In this document: positions 19,380-28,586 of the stretch, in pieces
Layout of the letters: the number at the start of each line of letters is the position of its first letter
Position numbering within the stretch: position 1 is the stretch's first letter
UHGV virus genome: UHGV-1365300
Reading direction: 5' to 3' (one strand)
DNA: 46,618 nt
Source of the DNA: a virus
Position numbers and translations under genes: made by a program
The notes under the pieces: generated by a model
What the model saw: only the letters and a program-made list of their open reading frames with translations
What the model was told of the DNA's origin: nothing
The model's database searches: none

Positions 19380-19497
19380 GGCGCGGCCTCAAGAGTATAA
19401 ATCCAGCGCGGAACAGGAAGGCGCAGCAATACCAGAATAACCAGCAGCGGCATGCACCATTTACGGATTGCGATATTTACAGTTAATGTTGGCGTTT

Positions 19498-19890
19498 TCA
19501 TCTGCACTTGCTCCCGGTGACAACCCGAAACCATGGCTTTGCACTTCCATCAGGCTCTTCCACAAGGTCGCCTGTGCAGTCTGCCGTGTCGAGTAGTTTC
19601 ATCTGATTGTAAAGGGCCATCCACGGCTTGCTTCCATAGCCAAATGACTGCGACGCACCAGATGGCGCCCGGTGACTTGTGATGTATCTCCCGGCTGTAT
19701 TTGAGGCGATCAGGATAGATGCCCATAGCAGAATTGCATCCTGCCTGCATGTATCTTCAGGGTAATTAAGCTCAAGGCACTCTGTGATGCTCGCCACCAG
19801 ACACAGGATGCCCGTTGCGTCTGCCGTGGTGATGGTTACGCCTCTTGACGCCATAGCGGCGACAAGTTCACTTGCTGTCGGTGCTGCCAT
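19498..19890 (-). CDS. Head-tail adaptor/connector protein (by position); start probably the internal ATG
   Basis: The track ORF extends to 19959. MAAPTASELVAAMASRG... at 19890 avoids a 90-nt overlap with the upstream gene. Confidence 0.4.
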   Translation of the reverse strand: MAAPTASELVAAMASRGVTITTADATGILCLVASITECLELNYPEDTCRQDAILLWASILIASNTAGRYITSHRAPSGASQSFGYGSKPWMALYNQMKLLDTADCTGDLVEEPDGSAKPWFRVVTGSKCR

Positions 19891-20155
19891 TCTTTTTGCT
19901 CTCCCGAATCTTCCACCACATCTCAAAAAGGTTTTTTGCCACCAGTGACAGCGCGCCAAGTATAGAGGCTACCGCTGCCCACTCGGTAATCGAATGGGGG
20001 ATCATCGAGGCAATGTATGATTGTGCGACCGGCGTCTGCTCTGCCACCTTCAGGCCAAGACCCGTGCCGATGGATGTATAACCGGCTTTGTCGATTACCT
20101 GGCCGACAGTGCCACTAATTATCTGGTTTGCGGCGTGCTGAAGCGCGTCTCTCAT
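19868..20155 (-). CDS. Hypothetical structural-module protein, 95 aa
   Basis: First - strand ORF left of the 20.3 kb promoter region. Has hydrophobic segments. Confidence 0.35.
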   Translation of the reverse strand: MRDALQHAANQIISGTVGQVIDKAGYTSIGTGLGLKVAEQTPVAQSYIASMIPHSITEWAAVASILGALSLVAKNLFEMWWKIRESKKNGSTDSK

Positions 20156-20316
20156 TAATTATTCTCCGAATGATGAACTTCCAGCATCTGTACACCTGAA
20201 CCAGCGAAAACGCTATGACGATAACGCCGATTGCTATATCCAATTTCGCCGCCTTACGTTTTTCAGGACGGAACAGCGCAGGGTGAGTGTTGTTGGTTTA
20301 ATTTTATCATAAAGTG

Positions 20317-20345
20317 TTGACGTAGATTGAGGGTGTCGCTATAGT
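20317..20345 (+). promoter_or_regulatory. Promoter TTGACG-17-TATAGT (spacer begins TAGATTG)
   Basis: TTGACG 20317-20322, TATAGT 20340-20345. A second GATGACGTAGAAAC copy follows. Confidence 0.6.
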
Positions 20346-20385
20346 GATGACGTAGAAACAACAATAAATGTTAGAGGTGATGAAG

Positions 20386-20700
20386 ATGAATGAATTCAAA
20401 GGTACGCCTGGGCCGTGGGAAATTAAACCGGAAGAAGTTGACAGATCATATATTCGAATTCGTGGAACACGATTGGGCGGACGATTCAAAGTTGCAAACG
20501 TTTTGTCACCGGATTATGACGGTGTTCATCATCGTGAAGCTGAAGAAACTCGCGCTAATTCACGCCTCATCGCCGCTGCACCTGAATTGCTGGAGGCTCT
20601 GGAGATGCTTGTAGTCTTTACCACGCCAACAAAAAGGAATGCCGCTGCCTTGAGCAAGGCTCACGCCGCCATCGCCAAAGCACTCGGAGAATCAAAATGA
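20386..20700 (+). CDS. Hypothetical phage protein (GTPGPWE...AAAPELLEALE motifs)
   Basis: Track ORF from 20368. ATG 20386 has GAGGTG 8 nt upstream. A small conserved-looking phage family; function unknown. Confidence 0.55.
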   Translation: MNEFKGTPGPWEIKPEEVDRSYIRIRGTRLGGRFKVANVLSPDYDGVHHREAEETRANSRLIAAAPELLEALEMLVVFTTPTKRNAAALSKAHAAIAKALGESK

Positions 20701-20813
20701 TCCGCCACGAAATCCGCAAAGAAGACCTGAAGGCGTGGGATAAGTTCAAAATCAAGCTGGCATTAATCGTTATCGGATTCGCCATTGCCAGCGCAATCTG
20801 TTTATCAAAGTGA
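20697..20813 (+). CDS. Small membrane protein, 38 aa (C-terminal TM helix LALIVIGFAIASAICL)
   Basis: ATGA overlap with the previous stop. Followed by the RBS of the ParB-like gene. Confidence 0.35.
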   Translation: MIRHEIRKEDLKAWDKFKIKLALIVIGFAIASAICLSK

Positions 20814-20820
20814 GGAAAAG

Positions 20821-21636
20821 ATGACATCTCTCGGAAAAATTTACTCAGACAAAGAAACTCGCGGCGGAATCGTGGTCAACAAAGGTTATCAGGTTCCTGT
20901 CGACCAGCTTTACCTTGAGCCAGGCTACAACATCCGCGAAGCCGATGAGCAGCACGTCGAGTACTTCGCGCAGTGTTGGGAATCAGGCCAGCCAATCCCG
21001 GCATTAACTGTTATTCCTGATGCCGACGGAAAGCGCATCAAGATTCTTGACGGCCAGCATCGTTATCTTGGCGCACTGCGTGCCATTGAGCGCGGCGTGC
21101 CAATTGCGCGCATTGAGTGCAAAGACTTCACCGGCGATGAGGCGGATAAAATCGCCTTCATGGTGTCATCCAGTCAGGGTAAGCAACTCGACCCGCTTGA
21201 GCGTGCAAAGGCTTATGTGCGTCTGAAAGGGTTCGGATGGACGAATGAAGAAATCGCCAAGAAGGTCGGTCGCTCAGTTTCTGATGTGCAGATGCACCTG
21301 TCACTTGGTGATGTGCCTGATGCTATCAAGCAACGCATCAATGCAGGACAAATCAGCTATGCCAACGCCGTTGCAGTGGCGCGCGAGCATGGCGATGATG
21401 CCGTTAACGTTATTGATGCTGCCGTTGAGGAAGCGAAAGCGCAGGGCAAGGATAAGGTGACGGCGAAAACGCTCAAGGCCAAAAAAGTTAAGCCGATTGA
21501 CCGCCTGATTCAGTTGCTGAAAGAAGCAGACCATATGGTTGTCGCTGAGGGCCATGTGGCGCAGGAGACCGAGGAGTTTTTGCGCCTTCCTTCTGCGGAG
21601 TTGAATGAAGTGCTGGCGATTCTGGAGAAGCTGTGA
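20821..21636 (+). CDS. ParB-like nuclease domain protein (ParB/Srx fold DGQHR motif + HTH)
   Basis: ...KRIKILDGQHRYLGALRA... (ParBc DGxHR box), then HTH-like TNEEIAKKVGRSVSDVQMHLSL. RBS GAGGAAAAG before ATG 20821. Confidence 0.7.
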   Translation: MTSLGKIYSDKETRGGIVVNKGYQVPVDQLYLEPGYNIREADEQHVEYFAQCWESGQPIPALTVIPDADGKRIKILDGQHRYLGALRAIERGVPIARIECKDFTGDEADKIAFMVSSSQGKQLDPLERAKAYVRLKGFGWTNEEIAKKVGRSVSDVQMHLSLGDVPDAIKQRINAGQISYANAVAVAREHGDDAVNVIDAAVEEAKAQGKDKVTAKTLKAKKVKPIDRLIQLLKEADHMVVAEGHVAQETEEFLRLPSAELNEVLAILEKL

Positions 21637-22151
21637 TGACAGCCAGCTACTACAACGAATGGGATGCAGGTGCGGCGGCGTGGCTGCGAGAGCTAATTAG
21701 CAATAAACTAATTCCTTACGGATATGTCGATGAACGATCAATTACCGAAGTCACCCCTTCAGATTTGGAAGGATTTACACAATGTCACTTCTTTGCCGGA
21801 ATCGGAGGGTGGCCCCTTGCACTCCAGTTGGCTGGAATACCAGCAAGCACTCAAATCTGGACAGGCTCACCACCTTGCCAGCCGTTTAGCGTTGCCGGTA
21901 AGTCTCTCGGATTTGACGACGAGCGGCACCTTGCCCCAGCATTTCTCAGGATCATCAGAGAGTGTAAGCCTCAATTGCTGTTTGGAGAGCAGGTTGCGGC
22001 AGCAATTGCCGGAGTTGTGTTTATTTCATACCTGACAGCCATGATAACCCCCAATAAAAAACCCGCTTGTTTGCGGGTTTATTTTACTTGGTTTTCTTTG
22101 TCTTTGGCTGTGATTCTTGCGGAGTTGCAACTTCCAGAACTTTCTCACTAA
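21633..22151 (+). pseudogene. C5-cytosine DNA methyltransferase fragment: motifs I (FAGIGG), IV (SPPCQPFS) and a VI-like (FGEQV) only; truncated, reading into a terminator
   Basis: 172-aa ORF coupled to the ParB-like gene (ATGA). After the ENV-like motif the sequence degenerates and overlaps the 22054-22088 hairpin. No TRD or motifs VIII-X found in any frame downstream. Confidence 0.5.
22054..22088. terminator. Bidirectional intrinsic terminator (A6-ACCCGC-TTGTTT-GCGGGT-TTATTTTA)
   Basis: Ends the + strand cassette and the convergent - strand genes 22084..22645. Confidence 0.7.
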
Positions 22152-22278
22152 CCGGGCGAAGTTTTGACTCAATGTGCGGGCTTGATTCGTCAATGATATC
22201 GCCAATAGCAAGCTCACGCAGGCGACCGTCTTTATCCTTGACGAAGATTCCGCTGGCGATAACTTCGTATTTAGCCAT
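22084..22278 (-). CDS. Hypothetical protein, 64 aa
   Basis: Small ORF downstream of the Gp49-like gene. Confidence 0.35.
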   Translation of the reverse strand: MAKYEVIASGIFVKDKDGRLRELAIGDIIDESSPHIESKLRPVSEKVLEVATPQESQPKTKKTK

Positions 22279-22645
22279 TTTTTACCTCCGAAAGGTTCTG
22301 CTTAAGGAGATAACCCTCAAGCATCCAGATTTTATTTACCGCATTCTCTCTGGCAATCTTGCGACCAATTTCAGCGTCGAAATTCTCTGGACTGGCGCAG
22401 GCGCTTTCTCCTGTCACGGTGAAGCCGTTTTTCAGCACCAAGACGCAAAAGGTAAGAAATTTCAACTCATCATGAGCCCCGCACATTCGAGTCAATTCAT
22501 CCTGCTTGTGGAAAGCCTGTTGCACGCCATCTGATGCAGTAAAGTAATACTCACCAACAATAATCGAATGAATATGCTCCAGAGTAACGCGTGGAGCAGT
22601 CAATCCTTTATCTTTAATTTCATGCTCAATATCTTTATTGGCCAT
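22271..22645 (-). CDS. Phage protein of the N4 Gp49/Sf6 gp66-like family
   Basis: 124 aa with ...LKNGFTVTGESACASPENFDAEIGRKIARENAVNKIWMLEGYLL, recalled signature of that family. Confidence 0.5.
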   Translation of the reverse strand: MANKDIEHEIKDKGLTAPRVTLEHIHSIIVGEYYFTASDGVQQAFHKQDELTRMCGAHDELKFLTFCVLVLKNGFTVTGESACASPENFDAEIGRKIARENAVNKIWMLEGYLLKQNLSEVKNG

Positions 22646-22662
22646 GATAACCTCTGATAGTT

Positions 22663-22692
22663 AAAAGGGGCTATTCGCCCCTTTATTTTTTA
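22663..22692. terminator. Hairpin GGGGC-TATTC-GCCCC with flanking A/T runs, immediately after the major capsid gene
   Basis: Likely partial terminator that boosts capsid-mRNA abundance. Confidence 0.5.
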
Positions 22693-23778
22693 CAGCGCGG
22701 TTTGCGTGCCGTAGCCGTTGAAAACTTTGCTTCGACCATTGAAATCCTTACGGATTTGCAGGCCCATAGCAGCCCAGGTCAGGAAGTTAAAGTTAGCGTG
22801 CGGCGTGGTACGCGGCTCTGCATAGGTGGATACCGGCTGAGCGACGCGAGGGCGGATATACAGCGCATTCTTCACATAGCCGACGAAATGGTTCCCGGTC
22901 AGTTTGAAGTTGGTGCCGATAGACGCGATGCGGCCAACGTTGCCGGTTTTGCCGAATGCGAGGATGTAATCCTCAATAGTGCCGCCTTTGAAGCCTGCCG
23001 CGTTGGAGTACGGGCGACTGAAGGAACGGCGCACAGACGGAGATACCCACAGAGTAACCGGCTCGAACACGTTCTGCGCATCCAGAACCGCCTGGAAATC
23101 CTGGTTGAAGAACTCAACGATTTCATCAGGGGTTGCAGTTTGCAGATCGATGTTCAGCGCACCAGTACCAGAGGCACTCAGGTTGAGCTGCACGGTGTTC
23201 GGGTGGTTGGTGATGCCGTAAGCAGTATAAACGCCGTTCACGTTCAGGCTTGCGTCGCCGACCAGCAGATAATCAGCCATGTCTGCGCGCAGGTTGAAGG
23301 TGGTGCTTTCCTGGTCATCAATCAGCGGGTCGAAACCTTCAGACTGCATACCCAGCAGTTCACGCCACTCACGGCCATAACCGGTTTTGAAGATCGGGAT
23401 TACATCGCCGCTGTAGGAGTAGCGGGTTTTATCCAGGTCTTCAGGCTCCTGCCCGGAGATGGTGCGCACAACCTTACCAGCGTCGGAAGCCATGCGGCTG
23501 ATTGCCACGGTCTTACCGATGTTGATGTTGGTCGCCAGCGTCATCAGGTCGGCCATCATGTCCATGCCTGACTCGTTGCGGAATACACGGGTGGTCACGT
23601 CATCCACTTCGCGCCAGTAATCCTTAGTCACCAGTGCGGTGGCGTTTACGCCGTATTCTTTCGCCAGATCGTTTTCACCATTGATGAAAACCTTGCGGTC
23701 AACGATCAGATGGCGCCACTGCTCTCTAACCACCTGCGAGTTGGTGGTCAGGCCTTTCGTAAAGATAATCTTTTCCAT
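22690..23778 (-). CDS. Major capsid protein
   Basis: 362 aa, follows the scaffold and decoration genes. A 289-aa antisense shadow ORF in the track is typical of a highly expressed GC-balanced gene. Confidence 0.75.
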   Translation of the reverse strand: MEKIIFTKGLTTNSQVVREQWRHLIVDRKVFINGENDLAKEYGVNATALVTKDYWREVDDVTTRVFRNESGMDMMADLMTLATNINIGKTVAISRMASDAGKVVRTISGQEPEDLDKTRYSYSGDVIPIFKTGYGREWRELLGMQSEGFDPLIDDQESTTFNLRADMADYLLVGDASLNVNGVYTAYGITNHPNTVQLNLSASGTGALNIDLQTATPDEIVEFFNQDFQAVLDAQNVFEPVTLWVSPSVRRSFSRPYSNAAGFKGGTIEDYILAFGKTGNVGRIASIGTNFKLTGNHFVGYVKNALYIRPRVAQPVSTYAEPRTTPHANFNFLTWAAMGLQIRKDFNGRSKVFNGYGTQTAL

Positions 23779-23789
23779 TGTTCGGCTCC

Positions 23790-24254
23790 TTACGCCGCAG
23801 GCATTGCAGCATTGCCAGCACGACGAACTGCAACGAGTTCAGCGCCATCAGATGCTACGGTGTAGGCTTCATACGCATAGAACAGGATTTTATCACCTGT
23901 GCCAGCCACTTTTAACGCGCCGGAGCCATTGCTTGCCAGCGGAGTACCTTTTTCCAGCGCGGATGATGCCGCAACCAGAGCGTGATACGTTACGCCAAAT
24001 TCGCATTGTACTGCCATGCCAGTGGCATTTACCGGTACAGCTTCGCTCACGTCGCCGCCGCCAACATAGTTGTGTTGCAGAACGTAGGGGAAACCCTGAC
24101 CGCCATCAGTCGCATGCGCGATGATTTTGTCGGAGGAGTTGAAGTCGACCAGTGCGCCAGGTTGCAGGGCGACGTTCATCAGACCTTCGCGCAACTGCGG
24201 GTCGTTTTTGCGGGCCGGGCCGCCGATGATGGTGCCATAACGGATAGTAGCCAT
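23790..24254 (-). CDS. Head decoration protein (gpD-like)
   Basis: 154 aa, Gly/Ala-rich, between scaffold and capsid genes. ...[20 protein letters not shown] resembles lambda D TTLTFYKSGTFRYEDV. Confidence 0.45.
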   Translation of the reverse strand: MATIRYGTIIGGPARKNDPQLREGLMNVALQPGALVDFNSSDKIIAHATDGGQGFPYVLQHNYVGGGDVSEAVPVNATGMAVQCEFGVTYHALVAASSALEKGTPLASNGSGALKVAGTGDKILFYAYEAYTVASDGAELVAVRRAGNAAMPAA

Positions 24255-25654
24255 TATTCAGGTGCCTCCATATCAAAATCTTCTTCGGCACGGTTCGGCT
24301 GGAACCCGCCGGAAATCGGAGCCGCTTTACTGGTGAGCGCATAGGTTTCACGCAGTGCTTCGCCAGTCAGCGCATTAACAGCAGATTCCGGCAACTTCAG
24401 CTCAGCCATAATGGCGGCGCGCATTGCGGTTTCTTCCTGTGCGGCATTGGCTTGCAGCTGGTCGCGCAGGGTTTTGTTTTGCGCCTCCACATCGGCCAGT
24501 TTCTGGTTGACTGCGGTCAACGATTCCTGAACTGGTTTGAGGGCATTGGCTAATACAGCCTGTAATTCCTCGTTAGTCATTGAGATTTCCCCTTCGTTTG
24601 ATTTTACCGGTTCAAGCTCTGTCTTATAAACAGCCTTAACCCGTTCACCGACTAATTCTACCATATCCTCGCGGACGATGTAGGACTGCATATAAATGGT
24701 GCCGTCAATCTCAACGCTGAAGTAATTATCATAAACGGCGACGATATAAGGCCATGAGTCGGCTGGCATCTCTGCCTTGATGATATTGCGGAGTTGCTCA
24801 GTAATATCGGTGAATGAAAGCTGGTTGCCAGTCAGGCGATTGATGGCACGCTGCCACCATTTGATTTTGTTTGCACTTTCGTCGGTCATTGCCGATTCCT
24901 CAAGATTAACCACAACACGCTCAATGTCTTCGCCGTTAGCAGCAAAGATACCTACACCATCAGCAGGCCCGCCAGCACCGGGAATGCCAGGCGGAAGAAT
25001 GGCGAGGTGATCCCACTCCATATTCCGGGCAATCCAGGAATATTTTTTACCTTTAGAAGTTCCCGATGCCTGCTCGCGGTTAAGTAGCAATCCGGTAGAC
25101 ACCTGAACAGGTTCAGCATCGACGCTGTTAACTTTGAGTCCTTCAATGCGCGACAGCAATTCCCTGCCTTTATCAGAGCGCTCAGCTACCACTTTATTGA
25201 TGTAAAGGTCTACCAGTGCTTTGCTGCCGTCATGAGATGAGTTCTCAATCCACGCACCAACGCTGAACTGATTGGCGGCCCGTGTCATGTTGGCTGACAC
25301 ATATTTGCCATCAATCTTCGGGTGGTCATATGGCGCCGGTTTCCCGTCAAGCCCATGGAATGACTTTTTAATCTCATCACCAGGATACAGGCCGCCATTC
25401 ATGACAATGTCGTCCACAACCGGCACAACATTTTTGATGACATAATGCGGGTCGCCATCAATGATTTTTTCACTGATATTGCTGGCCGAATTGATGGTAT
25501 ACAGGATGTTAACCTGTAATTTATTATTCATGTGCTTGAATGCCTCAACCTCAGCAAGGCGCTTTTTCGCCGCCTCTTCGGTGTCGTACTCACCAAACTG
25601 GTGCGAGCCATCCTTAGATTTAACGACCCACTTGTCGCCAATTTTGACAATCAT
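24254..25654 (-). CDS. Prohead protease/scaffolding protein (fused arrangement)
   Basis: 466 aa. Central protease-like region and C-terminal coiled coil ([41 protein letters not shown]...). Upstream of decoration and capsid genes. Confidence 0.45.
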   Translation of the reverse strand: MIVKIGDKWVVKSKDGSHQFGEYDTEEAAKKRLAEVEAFKHMNNKLQVNILYTINSASNISEKIIDGDPHYVIKNVVPVVDDIVMNGGLYPGDEIKKSFHGLDGKPAPYDHPKIDGKYVSANMTRAANQFSVGAWIENSSHDGSKALVDLYINKVVAERSDKGRELLSRIEGLKVNSVDAEPVQVSTGLLLNREQASGTSKGKKYSWIARNMEWDHLAILPPGIPGAGGPADGVGIFAANGEDIERVVVNLEESAMTDESANKIKWWQRAINRLTGNQLSFTDITEQLRNIIKAEMPADSWPYIVAVYDNYFSVEIDGTIYMQSYIVREDMVELVGERVKAVYKTELEPVKSNEGEISMTNEELQAVLANALKPVQESLTAVNQKLADVEAQNKTLRDQLQANAAQEETAMRAAIMAELKLPESAVNALTGEALRETYALTSKAAPISGGFQPNRAEEDFDMEAPE

Positions 25655-25836
25655 GACCTTTCTCCGCGCTTACTTTATGCCCGGATTATAACACACCATG
25701 AATATGCACCACGAAACGGACGCGAGAAGGTAAAGCGGAGACGCGGTAAAAGCGAAAAGAGTAGCAAAGAATGATATCAGTATGATTGGCATGGCTGCTA
25801 CCTCCTGAATGCAAGGTAACAGCCACGGAAGAGAAT

Positions 25837-26181
25837 TTATTGAGGACTATTCTTATTTAACATTCCGCAGTTAATTTTTGCGCGGTTTACTGCATCCATG
25901 AATTTCCCAATGGGCATCGTTTTGCGGATTTCAGCCAGAATGGCGCCGTGTAACATTCTTTCTTCGCCGTAGTAGAGCTTATCAAGGCGAGTGCGAACCA
26001 GCGCGCGGGTGCGCTGCATGTGTCCCTTTGCCTTCATGGCCTTCTCTTTCCATACTCTGCCTGCATCATGATTTACGGCAAGCTGCCGCTCGATAGTCTC
26101 AATCTCAAAGGCAAGCGTCATATCAATGTCATCCAGTTCACTGATTGTTGCTTCCATGATTTCGTTAAGTTGTAGTTTCAT
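25837..26181 (-). CDS. Hypothetical protein, 114 aa
   Basis: Last gene of the leftward 28.1 to 25.8 kb small-gene operon. Confidence 0.4.
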   Translation of the reverse strand: MKLQLNEIMEATISELDDIDMTLAFEIETIERQLAVNHDAGRVWKEKAMKAKGHMQRTRALVRTRLDKLYYGEERMLHGAILAEIRKTMPIGKFMDAVNRAKINCGMLNKNSPQ

Positions 26182-26441
26182 GCTTTTACCTTTAATCCAG
26201 CCAATTCTATTGCGTTTTCCACTTCATCTGTATACATAACTAAAGCCATGTACGGACCCTCAAAGCTTGTTGGCAACTCAATCTCAATTGCCGCGCGCGA
26301 TGCTTGCCAAGCATCCCATTTGTGTCTTGTCGCAAGGTGGCTATAATTTCCATTCTCATGGCGGCTGAGCATAATACCCCTGTGCACATCAGAATTTACG
26401 CTATCACCAACCCATTTTTCAAACTGCTCTCTACTTGTCAT
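26178..26441 (-). CDS. Hypothetical protein, 87 aa
   Basis: Overlapping stop/start with its neighbours. Confidence 0.4.
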   Translation of the reverse strand: MTSREQFEKWVGDSVNSDVHRGIMLSRHENGNYSHLATRHKWDAWQASRAAIEIELPTSFEGPYMALVMYTDEVENAIELAGLKVKA

Positions 26442-26713
26442 TCCTCGCCCTCATCAAAATACTTAATCTCACCATCGACCATGTTTTGCCATGGAATATG
26501 CAAATCAGTGCCATTAACTGACAGCATGATGCTGTTATCCATCTCTGCGCATCCATCGGCGAAGAAAGTGCTTTTCTTTCCATTTAGCCACTCAATTGTT
26601 ACTCTGCATTTTATTTGTTCCACTACCCACCCCCTCTCTCTGCGATTATTGGCCGTGCGTTCACAATTGGTCACAAACAGCACGGCCCCTGATTTATGCT
26701 TTACCGCCCACAT
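26438..26713 (-). CDS. Hypothetical protein, 91 aa
   Basis: Coupled ORF. Confidence 0.4.
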   Translation of the reverse strand: MWAVKHKSGAVLFVTNCERTANNRRERGWVVEQIKCRVTIEWLNGKKSTFFADGCAEMDNSIMLSVNGTDLHIPWQNMVDGEIKYFDEGEE

Positions 26714-27189
26714 GACTGGCGCGCCCCGGCAAGCAGCTTTTCAAACATCATCCTGTCACGGCTCATGCCAAACGGGATAACCTCCTGCCAGTAATATTTC
26801 CATGCGCCGCCGGGAAGCATTTCACGGTCAACCTGACCAATGCTTGCCAGGTAGCGCATGCGTGCCTTGATGATGGTGTAGTTGACGCCGACAGCCTCTG
26901 CTATCTGCTTGCTCTTGCGCCCAGGGTTCGCCTCAAGATAACTCTGAATTGCCATGTCAAGCGCGGTATTATCGGGATTGAGGAAATACTTAAAGCATCG
27001 CCGACCATGACTTATCCCTTCCTCTTTGATAATAAATCCCATCTTTTCCATCTCTACCAGGCAGAGATTTATTCTTACGCGGTCATTAACGCCAGTCTGC
27101 TTGCGAAGCATTGCGTTAGTTGCGCCGGGATTCCTTTCAATAATGCTGATAAGTTGGGTCTTAAAGTCCATGCTTGCGCTCCATTGCAT
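26701..27189 (-). CDS. Putative DNA-binding protein with two tandem winged-helix-like domains
   Basis: 162 aa. Two repeats of ...N..LRKQTGVNDRVRINLCLVEMEKMGFI / IAEAVGVNYTIIKARMRYLASIGQV. Candidate transcription regulator. Confidence 0.45.
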   Translation of the reverse strand: MQWSASMDFKTQLISIIERNPGATNAMLRKQTGVNDRVRINLCLVEMEKMGFIIKEEGISHGRRCFKYFLNPDNTALDMAIQSYLEANPGRKSKQIAEAVGVNYTIIKARMRYLASIGQVDREMLPGGAWKYYWQEVIPFGMSRDRMMFEKLLAGARQSCGR

Positions 27190-27400
27190 CCTGTTTGTAG
27201 TCGTCAGCGGTATAGAGGTGGCCGTTGCGGGTGTTCCATGACTTCACTGATTTACCCTGCGTCAGCCATTGGTCTGTGCTGCACCCACATTGTGAACAAG
27301 CGACATAAAACGCACCTGGCCCATCGTTATCCATATATGCATGAGTATCTCCACAAAAAGGACACTCCAGCAGCCCATCATCATTCATCATTGGTTTCAT
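27161..27400 (-). CDS. Lar-family (restriction alleviation) zinc-finger protein
   Basis: 79 aa with LLECPFCGDTHAYMD...AFYVACSQCGCSTDQWLTQGKSVKSWNTR. The CPFCG...C..CG layout is the Lar/Rac-prophage signature. Confidence 0.5.
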   Translation of the reverse strand: MKPMMNDDGLLECPFCGDTHAYMDNDGPGAFYVACSQCGCSTDQWLTQGKSVKSWNTRNGHLYTADDYKQDAMERKHGL

Positions 27401-27632
27401 TCATCGCCTCCTTAATCATAAATTTCATCTGAATATCACATAGTTTAAGCAACACCTTATCCCTGCGATAATCTCGCTTTCTGTTTTGGCGCCTGCGCTT
27501 TGGATGCAGCTTCTGCTTCAATGTTCGGCGGTCAGGCTGGTTTCGCTGCCATCTGGCCCTTGCGTTATTTTCCCTGATATCAGCCATTATTAATTCATGC
27601 AGCGTGCTGGCCTTGCTCATTTCGCCACCCAT
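27381..27632 (-). CDS. Highly basic small protein, 83 aa (KRRRQNRKRDYRRDK)
   Basis: ORF in the same operon. Confidence 0.35.
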   Translation of the reverse strand: MGGEMSKASTLHELIMADIRENNARARWQRNQPDRRTLKQKLHPKRRRQNRKRDYRRDKVLLKLCDIQMKFMIKEAMNETNDE

Positions 27633-27808
27633 TCACCAATATTGCTGAAATGCGGGCGCCCTTCGCGCCACTCAATAATTTCGCGGTTAACCTGCCGTTG
27701 CATGCGGTTGCGAACCTCGCTCAATTCGCTTTCAACCCATGCTCGAGTGCGGTCAAGTTCTTCCAGCTTGTTCAGCAATTCTTTTTCGTACACCTGATCA
27801 GTAGTCAT
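27617..27808 (-). CDS. Coiled-coil small protein, 63 aa
   Basis: ORF in the operon. Confidence 0.35.
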   Translation of the reverse strand: MTTDQVYEKELLNKLEELDRTRAWVESELSEVRNRMQRQVNREIIEWREGRPHFSNIGEWVAK

Positions 27809-27891
27809 TTTTTCTCTCCATCAGCACTTTGTAGTGAACGCCATAATATTTGAGCACCTGACTATGGTTGTGCAGATACCCATCATCATCT

Positions 27892-28107
27892 TCAATCGGT
27901 ACTTTTACCACGATGTAAAACGCCCGGTAGAGTTCTGCCCATCCATGACAACATTTGCGCTTCCTCGGCTTCATGGGCGGCCTCCATAGCAGCCAGGTCA
28001 ATGCGCTGCTCGATAGATTTAATGATTGACTCTGGCACATTAAGAATTTGCAGAGTCTCCCGGCAATCGCGCTTATGAACCTCCGTCACCTCCTGCCACT
28101 TCTTCAT
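27892..28107 (-). CDS. Hypothetical protein, 71 aa; first gene of the leftward operon
   Basis: ATG at 28107 preceded by AAAAGGTGGTGTGGA. Overlaps the alternative ORF 27798..27974 (MKPRKRKCC...) in another frame. At most one of the two in the overlap is likely real. Confidence 0.35.
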   Translation of the reverse strand: MKKWQEVTEVHKRDCRETLQILNVPESIIKSIEQRIDLAAMEAAHEAEEAQMLSWMGRTLPGVLHRGKSTD

Positions 28108-28153
28108 TCCACACCACCTTTTATCATTATGGTACAATCTACAACACAGAGTA

Positions 28154-28182
28154 TTGACTAATTGACGTAGATTCGTCAAGAT
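28154..28182 (+). promoter_or_regulatory. Promoter region TTGACT/TTGACGTAGATTC for + cassette 28204..29528; divergent from the leftward operon starting at 28107
   Basis: TTGACT 28154-28159, TTGACG 28163-28168, TAGATT 28169-28174, -10-like CAAGAT 28177-28182. Confidence 0.45.
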
Positions 28183-28203
28183 GATTTTCACAGGAGAGCG
28201 ACA

Positions 28204-28404
28204 ATGGCGAGACAACGCAAAGAACCACTGGAAGTATTGACTGAGATTATCGCTAAGCGCCAGCCGTTAAGCCTGCGAGATGTCAGATATTACGCGCACT
28301 GCTATGTAGCAATGCGGGAATGGAGCGCTGAAGAAATGTATGCGTTTGTGCGTGAGCACTTCAGCGTGGATGAGAAAAATAAAGTTACGTTGAGAGATGA
28401 GTGA
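28204..28404 (+). CDS. Hypothetical protein, 66 aa
   Basis: RBS GGAGAG before ATG 28204. Confidence 0.45.
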   Translation: MARQRKEPLEVLTEIIAKRQPLSLRDVRYYAHCYVAMREWSAEEMYAFVREHFSVDEKNKVTLRDE

Positions 28405-28586
28405 TGGAAAGATGGACGGTAATAAACGACAGAGGCGCCCCGGTCTCTTATGTTAATGGGGATAGTGATGACACCCCACCAAGAATGATTGTCTTTGAAG
28501 ACCGGTTTGATGCCTATAAATGGGTTGTTGAGAATGGCGCATCAAGTGATGAGGTGGTGAAAATTAAATTTGAGGTGGTTAGATGA
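28401..28586 (+). CDS. Hypothetical protein, 61 aa
   Basis: ATGA overlap with the previous gene. Confidence 0.45.
   Translation: MMERWTVINDRGAPVSYVNGDSDDTPPRMIVFEDRFDAYKWVVENGASSDEVVKIKFEVVR

Noticed and set aside
22702-23571. 289-aa + strand ORF in the track, entirely antisense to the major capsid gene
   Set aside because: Arg/His/Val-rich shadow translation with no RBS, completely inside a confidently assigned, highly expressed gene. It is a typical antisense artefact.
28163-28174. Reading TTGACG immediately followed by TAGATT as a -35/-10 pair
   Set aside because: Zero spacing is incompatible with sigma70 geometry. The functional -10 is the second hexamer 17-18 nt downstream. The adjacent TAGATT is more likely a conserved spacer or operator element.
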